Positions 61,577-64,000 of a DNA stretch of 64,000 bases are shown piece by piece (the first letter of the stretch is position 1; each line of letters begins with the position of its first letter). Made by a program: the position numbers and the translations under genes. The stretch is from Promethearchaeota archaeon (GTDB taxonomy: Archaea; Asgardarchaeota; Lokiarchaeia; Sigyniarchaeales; SOKP01): positions 1-64,000 of the forward strand of contig JAEOTR010000084.1 in assembly GCA_016839705.1 (NCBI GenBank). The letters run 5' to 3'. The notes beneath the pieces are model-generated. The model saw only the letters and a program-made list of their open reading frames with translations. It searched no databases and had not been told where the DNA came from.

Positions 61577-62897
61577 AACTTCTAAAGTATCAGAAGTTCA
61601 AAGAGAATTTTTTAGAGAACCAAATTTGGGATTGCTATATTTAGCCGCAATATTAGATTTTAACAATATTTCTGTTGATATCTTAGATCTAGAGCAGTAT
61701 TTAGATTTTACAGATTTAGAAATAAAAGATATCATTAAGGAGAAGTCAAAAAATTACTCTATTTTTGGAATTACATCATTGACAAACACATTCCATCTAG
61801 CTCTTGATATCGCACGAATTATTAAAGGACAAAACAGGAACAGTTTCATTATGTTAGGTGGTCCACATGTCACATTTATGTATAATGAAATCTTGGAAAA
61901 TGATAAAAATTCAGAAAACTTAATCGATTTCATTTGTATTGGAGAAGCTGAAATTTCAATGCTTACATTAGTAAAAATCTTAGTCTCTCATAATCAAACC
62001 AACAAAAAATTAAACATTTATGAGGATAGATTAAAAAAGATTAAGGGACTAGCTTTCTATGATTCAAAAGGGAAGCTCAATGTGAATTTAGGGACCAATG
62101 AAATCGATCTAGAAAATTTACCCTTACCTGCTCGTTATAAATTATCTCAAGATTATTATTATTACACTATCGCTAACGTAATAGTTAATAGAGGATGCCC
62201 TAATCAATGCTCATTTTGTTCAAGACAAAAATTATTCAAAAAAACAAAAATCAGAAGTATTTCATCAATATTATCAGAGATAAGAGCAATTCAAGCCTTG
62301 CAAACGTACAAATACATAAACTTTTACGATAATATCAACATTAATAGTGCCTTCCTTAGAGAATTTTGCAACATGTTCATTGAAAATAAGATCGATATTC
62401 CTTGGGGTTGTGAAATTCGTGTGGATACCATAACTTTTGAAGAAGCTCGCTTGTTAAAATCGGCTGGTTGTATGCTTATAGCGACGGGTATAGAATCTGC
62501 TAGTATTGATGTACTCAATAAAAACTTTAAATTCCAGGAACCAGAAAAAGTAAAAAAAGGAATAGAAAATTTAAAAAAAAACAAGATTCCAATCCAAGCA
62601 TATTTTGTGTTAGGATTACCAGGCGAGACTGAAAAAACCTTTCAAAAAACGATTAATTATATTAAAAATTTACCTTTAGATGAAAATGATAAATTGAATT
62701 ACTTCGTAGCAACGCCCTATCCTGGATCTCGATTATGGGATGAAAAAAATCAATTTAATATAAATATTATAGAAACCAATTTTGCTAATTACGATTGCGA
62801 ACATTTGATTTTTGAAACAACAGAATTAAACCAAAGCAAGTTAGAAAATCTCTACCATACCGCAAAGGAAATAGAAAATCAATTTAATAGAAAATAG
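61554..62897 (+). CDS. B12-binding radical SAM protein
   Basis: MILLINP, PNLGLLYLAA, GGPHVT, RGCPNQCSFC, GIES, TPYPGS. Start at ATG 61554. Confidence 0.92.
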   Translation: MILLINPKTSKVSEVQREFFREPNLGLLYLAAILDFNNISVDILDLEQYLDFTDLEIKDIIKEKSKNYSIFGITSLTNTFHLALDIARIIKGQNRNSFIMLGGPHVTFMYNEILENDKNSENLIDFICIGEAEISMLTLVKILVSHNQTNKKLNIYEDRLKKIKGLAFYDSKGKLNVNLGTNEIDLENLPLPARYKLSQDYYYYTIANVIVNRGCPNQCSFCSRQKLFKKTKIRSISSILSEIRAIQALQTYKYINFYDNININSAFLREFCNMFIENKIDIPWGCEIRVDTITFEEARLLKSAGCMLIATGIESASIDVLNKNFKFQEPEKVKKGIENLKKNKIPIQAYFVLGLPGETEKTFQKTINYIKNLPLDENDKLNYFVATPYPGSRLWDEKNQFNINIIETNFANYDCEHLIFETTELNQSKLENLYHTAKEIENQFNRK

Positions 62898-62956
62898 AAA
62901 TTTCTAAAAATAAAAACAAGAGGTGCATTGAGGTTCCTAGTGAGTTTACTAAAAAT

Positions 62957-63259
62957 GTGATCAATATTATTCAAAAAATCCCAAAAGGAAAAGTTCTAAC
63001 CTATGGTTTTATAGCTAGATTAGCAGGAAATCCAAGAGCTGCGCGGCAAGTTTCATGGATTTTACACTCGTCTAGCAAGAAATATCACTTACCCTGGCAC
63101 CGTGTTATAAGCTCAAATGGGTCATTATCAATGAAATCAATTGAAGATAGACAATATCACAAAAAACTTCTGGAATTAGAAGATATCACGTTTTTAGATA
63201 ATTTTAAAATAAATCTAGAGAAATATCTTTGGAAACCCAAGATGGGTGAATTGGTTTAA
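62957..63259 (+). CDS. alkyltransferase-like protein (ATL, MGMT family)
   Basis: IPKGKVLTYG, AARQV, PWHRV (Trp in place of the catalytic Cys). The frame is open upstream to about 62933. Confidence 0.9.
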   Translation: MINIIQKIPKGKVLTYGFIARLAGNPRAARQVSWILHSSSKKYHLPWHRVISSNGSLSMKSIEDRQYHKKLLELEDITFLDNFKINLEKYLWKPKMGELV

Positions 63260-63289
63260 GTAATTTAACCTAATAAGGTTCCGGGTTTT

Positions 63290-63646
63290 TTAACGATTTG
63301 ATCTATGTGGAAGACAAGTTGGATATGTCTGAAAAAATAATGAAAACGCCATATCTTCTTTACCCACTTTAATCAGTTTCCTAATACCTTCTAAACTTTG
63401 TTTTTGGGCAAAATGTATTTTACGGTCATTAATTACTTGAGTAGGTAGCACAAATTGCTCATTTAAGAACTCATTTATCTTACTTTCTTCAATATCTTTA
63501 AATTTCCTGAAATCCTTTCTACAAATCTCTAAGTAATTACCATATTCAGGTTTTTTAGGGAACTTCCCCTCAGCAATCGTATAAGCCATTTGTTTTTCAC
63601 TCTTTCTATCTTTAAATTTTATTTGATTCTTTGATATTAATGTCAA
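63290..63646 (-). CDS. hypothetical protein
   Basis: 118-aa ORF filling the gap; no motif recognised. Confidence 0.45.
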   Translation of the reverse strand: MTLISKNQIKFKDRKSEKQMAYTIAEGKFPKKPEYGNYLEICRKDFRKFKDIEESKINEFLNEQFVLPTQVINDRKIHFAQKQSLEGIRKLIKVGKEDMAFSLFFQTYPTCLPHRSNR

Positions 63647-63797
63647 TTTTAGTATATATAATTTTTTAATTTAGATTTAAAACGGCTTTATGATTGATTT
63701 CACCTTTAATTATAAAACTAAAAAAAAAGTTTATGTTAAGAATGAACAATTTAAAACATATTTCATATATTAGTTCAAAATTAAAAATATTGAAAAA

Positions 63798-64000
63798 ATG
63801 CCAAAATTTCAACCCTTTCTTATGGAACGTTGGATGTCTAAATATGAGCAAGATGTTGAATTCAACCTATCAGAAAGCGGTGTTCACCCAATCTTACTCA
63901 AAGAGTTGTTATCTGATGATTCTAATTATATTGACCAATTACTTGCGACGGATCTAAATTACCCCCATGTTAATGGCATCCCAAGTTTAAGAAAAAATAT
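63798..64000 (+). CDS. class I/II PLP-dependent aminotransferase, 5' partial
   Basis: MPKFQPFLMERWMSKYEQDVEFNLSESGVHP...LNYPHVNGIPSLRKNI runs off the window end. Confidence 0.85.
   Translation, partial: MPKFQPFLMERWMSKYEQDVEFNLSESGVHPILLKELLSDDSNYIDQLLATDLNYPHVNGIPSLRKN

Noticed and set aside
886-62584. Numerous short ORFs nested in or antisense to long genes (e.g. 3227-3484, 4382-4744, 21413-21748, 31128-31619, 44630-45007)
   Set aside because: Shadow frames of well-supported genes with no independent coding signal.
63666-63957. ORFs 63666-63851 (-) and 63694-63957 (+)
   Set aside because: They overlap the aminotransferase start at 63798 in other frames and have no recognisable content.
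1-64000. CRISPR arrays, tRNA/rRNA genes, IS elements, endA/rtcB genes
   Set aside because: No regularly spaced repeats, GC-rich cloverleaf or rRNA stretches, transposase or splicing-enzyme ORFs were recognised by eye. The splicing machinery, if present, lies outside this window.

Overview
AT-rich window from an Asgard archaeon, most likely Lokiarchaeia. The assignment rests on archaeal information-processing genes (aIF5B, EF-2-like factor, TFB, RpoE'/Spt4/RpoN, L7Ae, S6e, S24e, S27ae, S28e, L24e, Kae1/Bud32, Taw1, class I CCA enzyme) mixed with eukaryotic-signature-type genes (Ras/Rab/Arf-like GTPases, roadblock/LC7, gelsolin-like proteins). Main finding: two neighbouring, convergent GTPase genes each carry a tiny insertion that folds into a bulge-helix-bulge (BHB) motif, the substrate of the archaeal tRNA splicing endonuclease. 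One is 30 nt with an in-frame TAA in an EF-2 paralog (11187-11216). The other is 29 nt and frameshifts a Rab-like GTPase (13869-13897, minus strand). Cutting each at the standard BHB positions restores the reading frame and the conserved G-domain residues, which suggests tRNA-type micro-introns in Asgard mRNAs. Second finding: several conserved genes appear to start at ATA/ATT (possibly ATC) codons behind SD-like motifs, so the ORF track truncates or misses them (rpoN, rps28e, rpl7ae, EF-2 paralog, one Rab-like GTPase). Also present are a decayed histidine kinase pseudogene, a Taw1 with a winged-helix-like insert, a relic duplication of a glycyl-radical activase 5' end, and several domain fusions. 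No tRNA, rRNA, CRISPR array or transposase was recognised. All family assignments are by eye from motifs; no database search was run.
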